A DNA stretch of 56,524 nucleotides from a candidate division WS1 bacterium (GTDB lineage: Bacteria > Armatimonadota > Zipacnadia > Zipacnadales > UBA11051): assembly GCA_012518355.1 (NCBI GenBank), contig JAAYSP010000228.1, positions 1-56,524 of the forward strand, in the 5' to 3' direction. Below the pieces are notes generated by a model. The model saw nothing but the letters and a program-made list of their open reading frames with translations, ran no database searches and was not told the origin of the DNA. This document shows positions 19,247 to 29,208 of the stretch, in pieces. A program made the translations under genes and the position numbers. Positions within the stretch are counted from its first letter, which is position 1; every line of letters starts with the position of its first letter.

Positions 19247-19870
19247 TTAGTCATGCTGCACTCTGCCGCCCAGCCGCTTGCGAACGCGGTCGATGTCGAA
19301 GCGGTCACCGGGGCATTCAGTTGCCCCGAACTCACTGTGACCGTATATCTCATCGGCAGAAAAGCCATGGCGCCGCATCAGCTCTCCCAGCAGCTTATCG
19401 AGAGCGTCGAGCTGCGCAATCGTAGGTCTATCCGGTTGCATGCCTCCGTCGGGATTAGCCTTCGACGAGAAATTTCCTACCAGACACACTCCGAGGTAGC
19501 GGTTGTGGCCGCTGGTGTGTGCGCCAGGCATCCATTCAGGCCGCCCGGGCTGCACCGTCCCGTCCGGTAGTATCAGGAAATGGTAGCCTATATGATACGT
19601 TTGATGTCCATCGCTGATGCCCCATCCGCGCCGATGGTGGCTCTGGTCGATTGCGGCAGCATCCACCGGCTTACCCTCGGCACTTGCGCCAGTGGCAGTG
19701 TGGTGCAGTATCACGCCCGGAGCGTACGGACGCAACACCCGGTATGGCCAGTGCGTCCCCAGACGATAAGCAAGGCCACCAGATGCCACCACCAGGAGCG
19801 CCAGCGCCATCAGGATGCCGCCACAGCCCGCTCCACCGCAGTAGGGTTGCTGATCGTCCATAGTGATCAC
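19247..19870 (-). CDS. N-acetylmuramoyl-L-alanine amidase (Amidase_2/PGRP type), membrane anchored
   Basis: LHHTA, IGYHFLI, GAHT, GVCLVGNF and GH...ATECPG (Zn ligands His/His/Cys). Confidence 0.9.
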   Translation of the reverse strand: MITMDDQQPYCGGAGCGGILMALALLVVASGGLAYRLGTHWPYRVLRPYAPGVILHHTATGASAEGKPVDAAAIDQSHHRRGWGISDGHQTYHIGYHFLILPDGTVQPGRPEWMPGAHTSGHNRYLGVCLVGNFSSKANPDGGMQPDRPTIAQLDALDKLLGELMRRHGFSADEIYGHSEFGATECPGDRFDIDRVRKRLGGRVQHD

Positions 19871-20017
19871 CTGCCGTCAGGAACGGTTCGCGCCATGAAG
19901 GGACTATCCCTGCACGCACAGAAGATATGTGGTACTGAAAAGCAGGTTGAAATCGCCTATCAGGGAGTAGCACAACAGCAAAAGCTGTGACGGTAGCTAG
20001 CGAAAGGACGATGACTG

Positions 20018-21301
20018 ATGAGAATTGGACTGGCTAACACGACTATCACGCCAGACCGCCCTATCTTCATGACCGGGTATGCAGCCCGTACCGAGCCATC
20101 CGAAGGCGCATATGCTGACCTGGAGGCATCGGTGATCGTGTGTGATGATGGCGAACGTCGGGTTGGTATCATGGCGCTGGATCTGGTAGGCGTGGATGAA
20201 TTTCTGCTGGAACCGATCCGTGAGAAAGCTGCACAGTTGGGGATCCCCGCCAAAGCCATGCTGGTCAACTGCAGCCATACTCACTGCGCTCCAGCCTGCC
20301 GCTTTGTGCGCGGCTCGTGCCGCAAATTCGACGAGGCTTATCTGGAGAAGCTGAAAGAAACGCTCTTCATGCTGCTGGAGCGCGCAGTGGACGACCTGCA
20401 GGAGGGGAGTCTCGACTACAAGGTGAGCTTCTGCAGCCTGGGGATTAACCGACGTCGGGCTGGCGCCGAGGGGCGTAACGTCGGGATGCTACCGGCGCTG
20501 GACAAGCCTATAGACATGGATGTGCCAGTGTTGCGTGTGCTGAGCCCGGCTGGAGATGTGCGGGCGATTCTGTTTTCGTACGCGGCCCATCCGACTACGA
20601 TGGGCGGGCAACTCATTGGCCCTGACTACCCGGGTCCGGCTCGTGACATGATCCGCGAAAAGCTTCCCGGTTGTCTGCCGGTGTTCCTGCAGGGCTGTGG
20701 CGGTGATGTCAAGCCGCGAAATGTGACACCGGACGGGACATTTGCTGTGGGCACCATAGAGATTGTGACCGAAATCGGACATGAACTGGCGCGAGCGGTG
20801 TCTGCGGCGATGTGTGGGGAGCGGCAGCAGTTGTCAGGCGAGGTCAGCGCGGCCAGTGAGTTGGCCATGCTCCCGACGCAGGGCACACCGAGCAGTGAGC
20901 AGCTTGCCGAACTGGACCGAGGCAATCAGTGGGAGCAGGCGTATGCGGAGGCGGTGCGCAAGGTCATACAGGAGAAGGGTGGCCTGCCAGACTCGCTTCC
21001 GGTCGAGGTGCAGGTGCTGAAAATCGGCGGCCTGCATATAGTAGCTCTCGGTGGCGAGGTGAGTTGTGAGATCGGCCTGGAGATCAAGTCGAAGCTGCCC
21101 GAAAAGCGAGTGTGGACACTGGGCTACTCGAACCTTCTGCGCTGCTACATCGCCTCACTCCAGGCGCATTCGGAGGGAGGCTACGAAGTCGAGCGCAGCT
21201 TCCTGTACTCGCTGTATCCAGAGCCACGCCCTCTCGGACTGAAGCCCGAGTCTGTGGCTGTACTGGTAGACAAAGCAGTGGAGCTAGTTGGCAGCGTATA
21301 G
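20018..21301 (+). CDS. Neutral/alkaline ceramidase-like N-terminal domain protein
   Basis: ITP..MTGYAAR, CSHTHCAP, INRR, YAAHPT, DYPG, LQGCGGD and GGYE. Confidence 0.8.
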   Translation: MRIGLANTTITPDRPIFMTGYAARTEPSEGAYADLEASVIVCDDGERRVGIMALDLVGVDEFLLEPIREKAAQLGIPAKAMLVNCSHTHCAPACRFVRGSCRKFDEAYLEKLKETLFMLLERAVDDLQEGSLDYKVSFCSLGINRRRAGAEGRNVGMLPALDKPIDMDVPVLRVLSPAGDVRAILFSYAAHPTTMGGQLIGPDYPGPARDMIREKLPGCLPVFLQGCGGDVKPRNVTPDGTFAVGTIEIVTEIGHELARAVSAAMCGERQQLSGEVSAASELAMLPTQGTPSSEQLAELDRGNQWEQAYAEAVRKVIQEKGGLPDSLPVEVQVLKIGGLHIVALGGEVSCEIGLEIKSKLPEKRVWTLGYSNLLRCYIASLQAHSEGGYEVERSFLYSLYPEPRPLGLKPESVAVLVDKAVELVGSV

Positions 21302-21330
21302 GTGACTGCTTTCGCCGGAGCATATGAAGG

Positions 21331-22860
21331 GTGGGGCGGTTAGCCATGTGGCGCAATCATGGTCTGGTTTGCATGATAGCACTGTGTGTCATGGGGGTAG
21401 TGCTGGGCGGGATAGTGGGGTCAGGGCCGATTAGGGCATATGACATATGGTGGCATCTTCGGCTGGGCCAGGATATCATCAGAACCGGGCAGATAGGCTT
21501 ATACGACCAGTACTCCCACACTGCTCCCGGGGCTTTCCGGCCGCCACAGCAGTGGCTATTCGAAGTGGCTCAGGCGGCTGTCTATGACGCAGCCGGTGAT
21601 GAGGGTATGGTGTGGATGCGTGTCCTGCTGCTGGCCGCTTCGGTGGGCGTACTGGCACTGCTGCTGATGCGTCGAGGAGCACCGCCATTGGTAGTCGGGG
21701 CGATGCTGATGCTGGTGGCAGCAGCCTGTGGGCCTAGCAGCACCATGCGCCCTCATCTGGTCATGCCGCTAATGCTGATGGCGTTGCTGTGGCTGCTGGA
21801 CAGGAGTGTGCAGAAGCCTCGGCTTTTACTGTTTGGAGTGCCGCTGTTCATGTTGTGGGCGAACCTGCATGCGAGTTTTGCACTGGGCCTCGGCATAGTC
21901 GGGGCGTGGGCTGTATGGCAAGCGTTAGGTGCACCGCAGCGACCGGCCGATGGTATGCGCCTGTCTTCACGGGGGCTAAGCCAGGGGGCCCTGATGCTGG
22001 TCGGTTGTGCAGCCGCGTGTCTCATCAACCCGGTCGGGGTGAAACTGGTGCACTACTCGCTGCAGTATCTGCCCGGCGGTGAATACGCATTTCATTCAGA
22101 GGTAATTCAGGAGTGGCTACCACCGGATTTCAGCAAACTCGAGTGGGTCAGCGCTGCAGTATTGTTGGGCGGAGGGGGCATACTGATGCTCCTGAATGCA
22201 CGACAGGTGTCGCCGTTTCATCTGATAGTGAGCCTGGTGGTAATGCTTATGGCTTTGCGTTCAGGCCGCGCTGTCCAGTCGGCCGCATTCGTGATGGCCT
22301 GGATGGTGACGCCCGTACTCAGTGGCTGGGTGGTCAGGCAGTCGCCCACGCTGCTGGGTTGGCGGCCGAACAGTGAGATGCGACCAGACCGCCTTTTCCC
22401 TATAGTCCTCACGTTCATGATGGTGGTTGGCCCGGTGGCCGCCATAAAAGCCGCATTGAGCGATGATGAACCCATCCAGGAACGTTACCCCTCAGGCGCG
22501 GTGGAGTGGGTACTTGCTCACGATTTGCGGGGCAACATGTACAATCCATATCGATGGGGTGGATACTTGATACACCGCCTGTATCCCCGACATCACGTCT
22601 TCATAGACGGACGTATGGACATGTATGGGGAGGAGATTTTCCGAGACTATGAGGCTTTAGCAAAGACTTCGGAGGGCTGGGAGGAAATTGCTGACAAATA
22701 CCGAGTGCAGTGGGGCATAGCGGCATCAGACTCGATGCTGGGCACAACGATGAGGGAGAGTGCCAATTGGGCAATCGTCTATGATGATGACCAGGCGATG
22801 GTGTTCGTGAAAAGGGACGGTGAGAACGCACATCTGACAGCGGTTCAGGGCACCAGGTAG
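21331..22860 (+). CDS. Polytopic membrane protein, GT-C-like hypothetical family
   Basis: DIWWHLRLG, LWANLH, INPVG, IQEWLPP, WGGYLI and VFIDGRMDMYG, with many TM segments. The GT-C assignment is inference. Confidence 0.7.
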   Translation: MGRLAMWRNHGLVCMIALCVMGVVLGGIVGSGPIRAYDIWWHLRLGQDIIRTGQIGLYDQYSHTAPGAFRPPQQWLFEVAQAAVYDAAGDEGMVWMRVLLLAASVGVLALLLMRRGAPPLVVGAMLMLVAAACGPSSTMRPHLVMPLMLMALLWLLDRSVQKPRLLLFGVPLFMLWANLHASFALGLGIVGAWAVWQALGAPQRPADGMRLSSRGLSQGALMLVGCAAACLINPVGVKLVHYSLQYLPGGEYAFHSEVIQEWLPPDFSKLEWVSAAVLLGGGGILMLLNARQVSPFHLIVSLVVMLMALRSGRAVQSAAFVMAWMVTPVLSGWVVRQSPTLLGWRPNSEMRPDRLFPIVLTFMMVVGPVAAIKAALSDDEPIQERYPSGAVEWVLAHDLRGNMYNPYRWGGYLIHRLYPRHHVFIDGRMDMYGEEIFRDYEALAKTSEGWEEIADKYRVQWGIAASDSMLGTTMRESANWAIVYDDDQAMVFVKRDGENAHLTAVQGTR

Positions 22861-23726
22861 AGGATGATACCAACCGCTGCCGTGTAGAGGGCTACTGTCA
22901 ACAGCAACGGCCCGTCGGTCAGAAGTAGCTGATCCGGGTGCTGGCCCAGTTGCTTCTGGTGCATCAGGTACAGGTAGCGGAAGATGCCGTAGATGACCAG
23001 CGGCACAGTGTAGACCAGATTGCCGGTGCCGACTACCTGCAGGGTGCGCTCATCCACGGTATACAGGCAGTATGTCACCACGGTCGAAGCGGTGACCACA
23101 GCGATCATCTGATCGAGCAGACCGGTGCTGTACTCTTGAAGTGTCTCTCGATAGCCGGTAGCGCCCTCTTCGAGCTGTACGATTTCGCTGCGCCGCTTGC
23201 CAAGTGAGATGAACAGCGTTAGCAGCAGTGTGCAGATGATAAGCCACGGTGATATCGCCACACTGATGGCCTCGGCACCCGCTATCGCGCGCAGCACGTA
23301 CCCCAGGGATACTGTCAGCACGTCCAGTATCACCTGGTGCTTGAGCCACAGAGTATACGCAGTGGTGAGCGCGAGGTAGGTAACCGCGGTGAGGAAGAAG
23401 GAAAAGTTCACAAAATACGACACTGCCAGACCCAGCAGAGCCAGGGTGACGGCGAGGAGGATACCCTCATAGACCGGAATTCGTCCGGCTGCTATGGGGC
23501 GCTGGCATTTGTCCGGATGCTTGCGGTCACGGTTGGCGTCCAGCGAATCGTTTAGCAGGTAAACCGCGCCAGACAGGATGCAGAACGCGACGAAGGCGAC
23601 GACTACTTGCCATACCGCGTGCAGATCATTGGCCTTGCCGGCAAAAAGTATGGCCGCAAATACCAGCAGGTTCTTGGTCCACTGCCGGGGTCGCATACTA
23701 TATATGATGTCACGCAGTAGCTGCAT
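22845..23726 (-). CDS. Decaprenyl-phosphate phosphoribosyltransferase (UbiA family)
   Basis: RPRQWTKNLLVF, YLLNDSLD, DRKHPDKCQRPIAAG, KRRSE and GIFRYL. Confidence 0.9.
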   Translation of the reverse strand: MQLLRDIIYSMRPRQWTKNLLVFAAILFAGKANDLHAVWQVVVAFVAFCILSGAVYLLNDSLDANRDRKHPDKCQRPIAAGRIPVYEGILLAVTLALLGLAVSYFVNFSFFLTAVTYLALTTAYTLWLKHQVILDVLTVSLGYVLRAIAGAEAISVAISPWLIICTLLLTLFISLGKRRSEIVQLEEGATGYRETLQEYSTGLLDQMIAVVTASTVVTYCLYTVDERTLQVVGTGNLVYTVPLVIYGIFRYLYLMHQKQLGQHPDQLLLTDGPLLLTVALYTAAVGIILYLVP

Positions 23727-23763
23727 GTGCTGCTTTTCAGTCTCCCGTGTCGGTTTTCCTGCT

Positions 23764-25290
23764 TCAGTCTACCGTGTCGGCTTCCGGACGCATGTGGGGA
23801 AACAGGATAACCTCGCGCAGGTTCGTCGAGCCGGTCAGGAGCATCACCAGCCGGTCTACGCCCATGCCCATCCCGCCGGTGGGGGGGAGGCCATACTCGA
23901 GGGCGCGCAGGTAGTCTTCGTCCATCGGATGGGCCTCTGCATCGCCTTCGCGACCGGCACGAACCTGGGCCTCGAAGCGCTCACGCTGATCCATCGGGTC
24001 GTTCAGCTCGCTGAAAGCGTTGCCGATCTCTTCTCCGCCGATGAACGGTTCGAAGCGGGCCGTCAGATGTGGCCGGTCCGGAAACCGCTTGGCCAGAGGC
24101 GAGATTTGCACTGGATAGTCTGTGACGAAAGTCGGCTGGATGAGGTCAGGGGCAACATATCGGTCGAAGCATTTGTCCAGCAGCGCCGCCCAGCCATCCT
24201 TCTCCATGCTGCCCAGGTCCAGTTGCTGACACGCCTGGCGCGCCTCCTCGTCCGTGTGAAGCTGCTCAAAATCTACGCCGGTCGCATGATGGATAGATTC
24301 CATCAGCGAGATGCGTTGCCACGGAGGCTGCAGGCTGATTTCGTGCCCCCGATATGTGAACGTGAGCGAACCGTTGACTGCCTCGGCAGTCGCGCATAGC
24401 AGAGCCTCGAACAGCTCCATCATATCCGTGTAGTCTGCGTAGGCCTGATATGCTTCCAGCATGGTGAACTCGGGATTATGCAGCGCATCTATGCCTTCGT
24501 TGCGGAACACCGAACCGATTTCATATACTCGCTCCATGCCGCCGACGACCAGCCGCTTCAGGTACAGTTCGGGGGCGATACGCAGATACATGTCCATGTC
24601 CAGCGCGTTGTGGTGCGTGACAAAAGGCCGCGCGTTTGCCCCGCCATAGAGCGACTGCATCATCGGCGTGCTGACTTCCTGGAAGCCGCGCGCATCGAAG
24701 CAGTCGCGTATCGCCCTGATGGTCCTGGTGCGTGCCACGAAAATCTCTCGCACTTCAGGGTTGACGATCAGATCCAGATATCTGCGACGGTAGCGCAGCT
24801 CGACATCCTGCAGGCCATGGAACTTCTCCGGCAGCGGGCGGAGGGCTTTCGCCAGTAGCTGATACTCTGACACATGAACAGTTGGCTCCCCGCGCCGGGT
24901 GCGGAAGGCGTTGCCGGAGGCGCCGATGATATCGCCCAGGTCGAGTCGCTTGAAGCTCTCGAACGCCTCCTCGCCGACGGAGTCACGGGTTACCCACAAC
25001 TGTATTTTGCCACTGGCATCGTGCAGGTCAGCCCAGACTGATTTGCCCTGGTCGCGCAGGGCCATCAGACGCCCTGCCACTGCCGTCTCGAAGCCGGCAG
25101 TGTCCCAGTCTATGGCACCGTCACCATCGCCCTGCTCATGCTCCTGCTCGACTGCCTCGATGGCTGAAGCAAGCTCGGCGGTGGTGTGGCTGCGGCGGTA
25201 AGCGTGTATCTCAAAAGGATCCTGGCCCTGCTCACGCAACTGGGCCAGTTTCTGTTTGCGTTGCTCTGTCTGCGGGTCATCTGGAAGCAT
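23764..25290 (-). CDS. lysS: Lysine--tRNA ligase (class II)
   Basis: [39 protein letters not shown] and [16 protein letters not shown]. Confidence 0.98.
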   Translation of the reverse strand: MLPDDPQTEQRKQKLAQLREQGQDPFEIHAYRRSHTTAELASAIEAVEQEHEQGDGDGAIDWDTAGFETAVAGRLMALRDQGKSVWADLHDASGKIQLWVTRDSVGEEAFESFKRLDLGDIIGASGNAFRTRRGEPTVHVSEYQLLAKALRPLPEKFHGLQDVELRYRRRYLDLIVNPEVREIFVARTRTIRAIRDCFDARGFQEVSTPMMQSLYGGANARPFVTHHNALDMDMYLRIAPELYLKRLVVGGMERVYEIGSVFRNEGIDALHNPEFTMLEAYQAYADYTDMMELFEALLCATAEAVNGSLTFTYRGHEISLQPPWQRISLMESIHHATGVDFEQLHTDEEARQACQQLDLGSMEKDGWAALLDKCFDRYVAPDLIQPTFVTDYPVQISPLAKRFPDRPHLTARFEPFIGGEEIGNAFSELNDPMDQRERFEAQVRAGREGDAEAHPMDEDYLRALEYGLPPTGGMGMGVDRLVMLLTGSTNLREVILFPHMRPEADTVD

Positions 25291-25362
25291 ATGTGGCTGT
25301 CACCGATTACAAGATATAGTCATGTAGCAAGTTGTTACACTCTGCAGGGCTGATTCGCCGGG

Positions 25363-26469
25363 TCATGCGCCCTGACTGTAGGTCTGTATCGCCTGGCCGG
25401 CCAGCTCACGCACGCGGTCTATCGTGGACTGATCTACTTCGCGCTCGAAGGAGCGAAAACCGGCCAGGTGGAAGCCGTGTTTTTCCGCCAGACTCTGGAT
25501 GTGACGCACACCTTCGAGGCTCATGTTGCGGCCCAGTGAGTAGTCGCCAGTGTGCCCCTCGAGTGCCAAAATCATAGTCTCGGCCATGCAGGCATAGGCA
25601 GTGCGTGGTGGGAAACCAAAGTTGAAGTTGAACTCTACCTCACCGGGCACAGCTACGACTCCGCCTTCGATCACCAGCACATCGGCGCGCTGATCGGCTA
25701 CGGCCTTGCCTACATCGCGCGGGCGGGCCACGTCGCACACCACAGCGCCGGGCAGCAAATCGTGTGGGCTGATCACCGTCTCGAGGGCAGAAGTGACCGC
25801 AACTACCAGCGGAGCCTCGCCCAGCGTCGCGGATACGTCTGTACTGGTCTCCACCGTGCATTTGGACGCCTCAGCGGATGACTGCACTACCTCTTGGGCA
25901 AGCTTGTCCAGTGCCTCCTGCCGACGGCCGACCAGAACCACGCGGGCCACCTGATCCGCCAGCAGCTTTGCGCACACGCTACCTATCGAACCGGTGGCGC
26001 CGAGGACGGCTACGGTGGAGTGGGCGGTATCGTGCCCGATCAGTCGGGCGGCCTGCAGCAGCCCCTCGACAGCGGTGGCCACCGTGTAGCTGTTGCCGGT
26101 GGTCACACCGATGTCCATCTCATCGGCGATCGTGATGCCGCCATCGCCGACCACTGCGGTAAATGCGCCGAGGCCGACTATGTCAGCGCCGAGTGATGCT
26201 GCGAGCTTGCAGCTTTCAAGTATCTTCGCGGTAGAGCGCTCTGGCGGGTCATGCAGCAGTTGGCGGGCTGTGAGAGTGCAAGCGATAAACCATCCCTCGG
26301 TCTGCGCACCAGTCGGAGACTTGACGCCCGTGATGTGGCTGATCTCTCTGGCCGGAACGTATCTCAGCAAAGGCTCCAGAATCGCATCAGGGATGTACCT
26401 GGCGATCTTGTACTTGCGAGCCATATCGCTGGTGTCGAGGGGATGAATTATGAACGCAAACTGTGTCAA
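25363..26469 (-). CDS. Acyl-ACP-reductase-like NAD(P)-binding oxidoreductase
   Basis: FAFIIHPL, GLGAFT, TTGNSYT, VLGATGSIGSVC, DVARP, EGGVV and ACMAETMILALEG; same motif order as cyanobacterial AAR. Confidence 0.75.
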   Translation of the reverse strand: MTQFAFIIHPLDTSDMARKYKIARYIPDAILEPLLRYVPAREISHITGVKSPTGAQTEGWFIACTLTARQLLHDPPERSTAKILESCKLAASLGADIVGLGAFTAVVGDGGITIADEMDIGVTTGNSYTVATAVEGLLQAARLIGHDTAHSTVAVLGATGSIGSVCAKLLADQVARVVLVGRRQEALDKLAQEVVQSSAEASKCTVETSTDVSATLGEAPLVVAVTSALETVISPHDLLPGAVVCDVARPRDVGKAVADQRADVLVIEGGVVAVPGEVEFNFNFGFPPRTAYACMAETMILALEGHTGDYSLGRNMSLEGVRHIQSLAEKHGFHLAGFRSFEREVDQSTIDRVRELAGQAIQTYSQGA

Positions 26470-26699
26470 GTCACACGATCATCGTGTCCAGATGGATAGA
26501 CTATGCTGATACCACAGACACGACTGCTCCTTCCACGTCACTAACAGCAAAATATTGCACTCAGGGATCTCTCGACCGCCGGACCTAAGTCCTGGCGCGC
26601 CGGGCCCAAGTATTGACGCCCAAATCTGGCGGTAGAGGCTGCCTGGCACCATAGTGCAGGCATGTGCCAGTACTGGCTCTCGACTGCAACACTCAACCG

Positions 26700-27707
26700 T
26701 CACAGTGACTGCAGATATGCCCCGATGACCAGTTCGAACTCATGCAGTGTATGTACCGCCTGCATGGCTCGACGCACTCTCAGAGCATGTGGCAGGCCCT
26801 TGCTGTAGTGGGCCATCTGCCCGCGCATCTGATGTGTTGCGGTGCGCTCATCATAGTGCTCCGCCAGCATCCGCGCATGATCCAGGGCGATCTGCATGAC
26901 CTGATGCGGACCTGGGTCAGGCGGCACTGGTGCGCCTGCAAGTGCTGCGGATGTCTGTTCGAAAATCCACGGTCGGCCAAGTGCGCCACGGGCGAACATA
27001 ATTCCCGTGCACCCGGTCTGCTCTATCATGGCCGTCGCGTCCTGAGCAGTCCGCAGATCACCATTGCCGATGACCGGCACTGAGACAGCCTCGACAAGTC
27101 GGGCGATATGCGTCCAGTCGGCGCTCCCACTCAGTCTCTGCTGGGCGCAACGGGCGTGCAGCGTGATTGCACTGGCACCCGCGTCCACCAGTTGTGGTGC
27201 AAGCTCCAGGTAGCGCATGTCGCCAGGGACCATGCCGGTACGTATCTTCACCGTCACCGGTACGGTGGCAGCCTCCGTCATAGCGGACACACAAGCCACC
27301 GCTCGTAGCGGATCGGCCATGAGATCTATGCCGGAGTTAGCAGCCCGCACCTTCGGGACAGAGCAACCCATGTTCAGGTCGATCATGTCCGCGCCCGCCG
27401 CCTCGATTTCTGAAATGGCATTATACAACACCTCGGGGGTATCGCCAAACAGTTGTACTGCTACCGGCTTTTCCTCCGAGGAAGTAGCGATCAGGGTTCG
27501 CGTTTTGCGGTTGTGATACTGCAGACCCCGGGCGGAGATCATCTCGCTTACTACCAGACCGGCGCCAAAACGACGGCATATGAGGCGATATGGTAGGTTG
27601 GTGTATCCTGCCATGGGGCCCAGTACAACCGGAGGCGTGATGTGGTGCTTGCCGATGACCAGCCTGCCGGGGGCGTGAGTGAGCTCCGCAGTTCTAGTAT
27701 CGGTCAA
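26700..27707 (-). CDS. dusB: tRNA dihydrouridine synthase DusB
   Basis: PMAGYT, VQLFG, DLNMGCSVPKV, PVTVKIR, PVIGNGD and RGALGRPW. Confidence 0.93.
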   Translation of the reverse strand: MTDTRTAELTHAPGRLVIGKHHITPPVVLGPMAGYTNLPYRLICRRFGAGLVVSEMISARGLQYHNRKTRTLIATSSEEKPVAVQLFGDTPEVLYNAISEIEAAGADMIDLNMGCSVPKVRAANSGIDLMADPLRAVACVSAMTEAATVPVTVKIRTGMVPGDMRYLELAPQLVDAGASAITLHARCAQQRLSGSADWTHIARLVEAVSVPVIGNGDLRTAQDATAMIEQTGCTGIMFARGALGRPWIFEQTSAALAGAPVPPDPGPHQVMQIALDHARMLAEHYDERTATHQMRGQMAHYSKGLPHALRVRRAMQAVHTLHEFELVIGAYLQSL

Positions 27708-28467
27708 GACTCTGTAGCCCTTTCAGAGTGAGCAACTCGTCGACTCTGTCACCGAAGCCCGTTGTCTGATGCATCCAGGCGGCGTCACCACCAGTGAGGA
27801 TGATCTGTGCACCCTCGGCCTGTTCGGCGAACGCAGTGCACAGTTGGCGCGTGACAGCAATCACGGCGGTGTATACGCCCAGTGCGATACATTCAGATGT
27901 GGTGCGACCCGGTTGGCGCCAGTCGAGCGGCATGGACATAGCATCGAGAGCAGGCTGTAGATGCGGCGTCCAGGCTTTCAGACCGGCCTTCATGACCGGC
28001 AGTCCGGGGGCGATGGCACCGCCTACCAGAGCGCCCTGCGCGTCGATCAGGTCTACGGTGATGCAACTGCCCAGGTCGGCCACGATTGCCGGACACACCG
28101 CCATCTCGCGGACGGCCGCAGCATTCACGATGCGATCCAGGCCGAGCTGGGAACGCTCACGATAGCCGGTGGGTATGTGAGCCAGCATATCTGCGGTCAC
28201 CGTCTTCAGAGACAGCTTCGGATGGCTTTGCAGGGCCTGCATGAGAGCATCAGTCTGCGCAGGGCTGGAGCTGCATAGCAGTCCGCCGGAGCACTGACGG
28301 GCAGCGTGTCGTCCTGCGCGCTCCAGCATGTTCTGCAGCGACTGATCGCAGCGGGCGGTCAGGCCATCTCCTGTGGATATATGCTCCGAGGCCAGCCACT
28401 GCCCATCGGCGTACACGGCCCAGTGCAGCGTCATGTTTCCCAGATCGGCGTATATGCGGCAGCTCAT
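27694..28467 (-). CDS. coaX: Type III pantothenate kinase
   Basis: DLGN, LGLDR, DLGSCITVD, GGAIAPG and TGGDA; ATGA overlap with the upstream gene. Confidence 0.9.
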   Translation of the reverse strand: MSCRIYADLGNMTLHWAVYADGQWLASEHISTGDGLTARCDQSLQNMLERAGRHAARQCSGGLLCSSSPAQTDALMQALQSHPKLSLKTVTADMLAHIPTGYRERSQLGLDRIVNAAAVREMAVCPAIVADLGSCITVDLIDAQGALVGGAIAPGLPVMKAGLKAWTPHLQPALDAMSMPLDWRQPGRTTSECIALGVYTAVIAVTRQLCTAFAEQAEGAQIILTGGDAAWMHQTTGFGDRVDELLTLKGLQSLDRY

Positions 28468-29189
28468 GGCAAATCCACCAACTCCTGGTGCCATCTTCCG
28501 TCGCTTTGCAGTCGCAGTATCGCGGCCTGGCGGCCATGGTATGCGACGCGGCTTACCGTCACAGCTCCGACGTGGCTAAGCTCCCCCTGCTGGACGTGCC
28601 AGTGTCCCATCAGCGCCAGGTTGAGGCCCTGCAGGGCGGGGAGCAGTCGGTTTTCTTGCTCCTCGGCAGTGCCCCAGTGTAGCAGGCCGATAGTCAGGTC
28701 ACACTGTTTGCGGAGACACTCCAGGGTCTGCTTTGCCGCACAGATGGGGTCGGTGAAGCCCAGGTCAGATGTCCGGTCCACAAGCGAGCCGATAGGAGCC
28801 ATATCCGGGCTGATGCCGAAAACGCCCGCCACGCGTTCTCCATGCTGCAGCAACAGCCAGGGCTTGACCGGCGTCGGAAGACTGGTACGAGCAGTGAGGT
28901 TGGCGCTGAGCACCGGAAACTGTAGCCCTGCTAGCTTGGCGGCAGTAGTGCTGCTTCGCCATCCGAACTCGCGGTTGCCCATCGCCATGGCGTCGTAGCC
29001 GGCCGCGTTCATGGCCTCGATTGCGCGTCTGCAGCCGGGCATGTGCAGGTAGTTGGGGTGAGGTAGTGCATCACCGCAGTCGAAAAGCAGTGCATCATGC
29101 TCGGATTTGAGCTGTCGCAGATAGTCTGCGGTCTGCATGTTCAGCCGCCCATGCATATCTGCGGTCTGTATCACCGTGATTTGTGTCAT
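28464..29189 (-). CDS. Calcineurin-like metallophosphoesterase (5'-nucleotidase N-terminal-like domain only)
   Basis: TADMHG, DCGDA, GNREF, LLHWG and MGHWH. Confidence 0.85.
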   Translation of the reverse strand: MTQITVIQTADMHGRLNMQTADYLRQLKSEHDALLFDCGDALPHPNYLHMPGCRRAIEAMNAAGYDAMAMGNREFGWRSSTTAAKLAGLQFPVLSANLTARTSLPTPVKPWLLLQHGERVAGVFGISPDMAPIGSLVDRTSDLGFTDPICAAKQTLECLRKQCDLTIGLLHWGTAEEQENRLLPALQGLNLALMGHWHVQQGELSHVGAVTVSRVAYHGRQAAILRLQSDGRWHQELVDLP

Positions 29190-29208
29190 GGCCGCACCGG
29201 CTCGAAGT

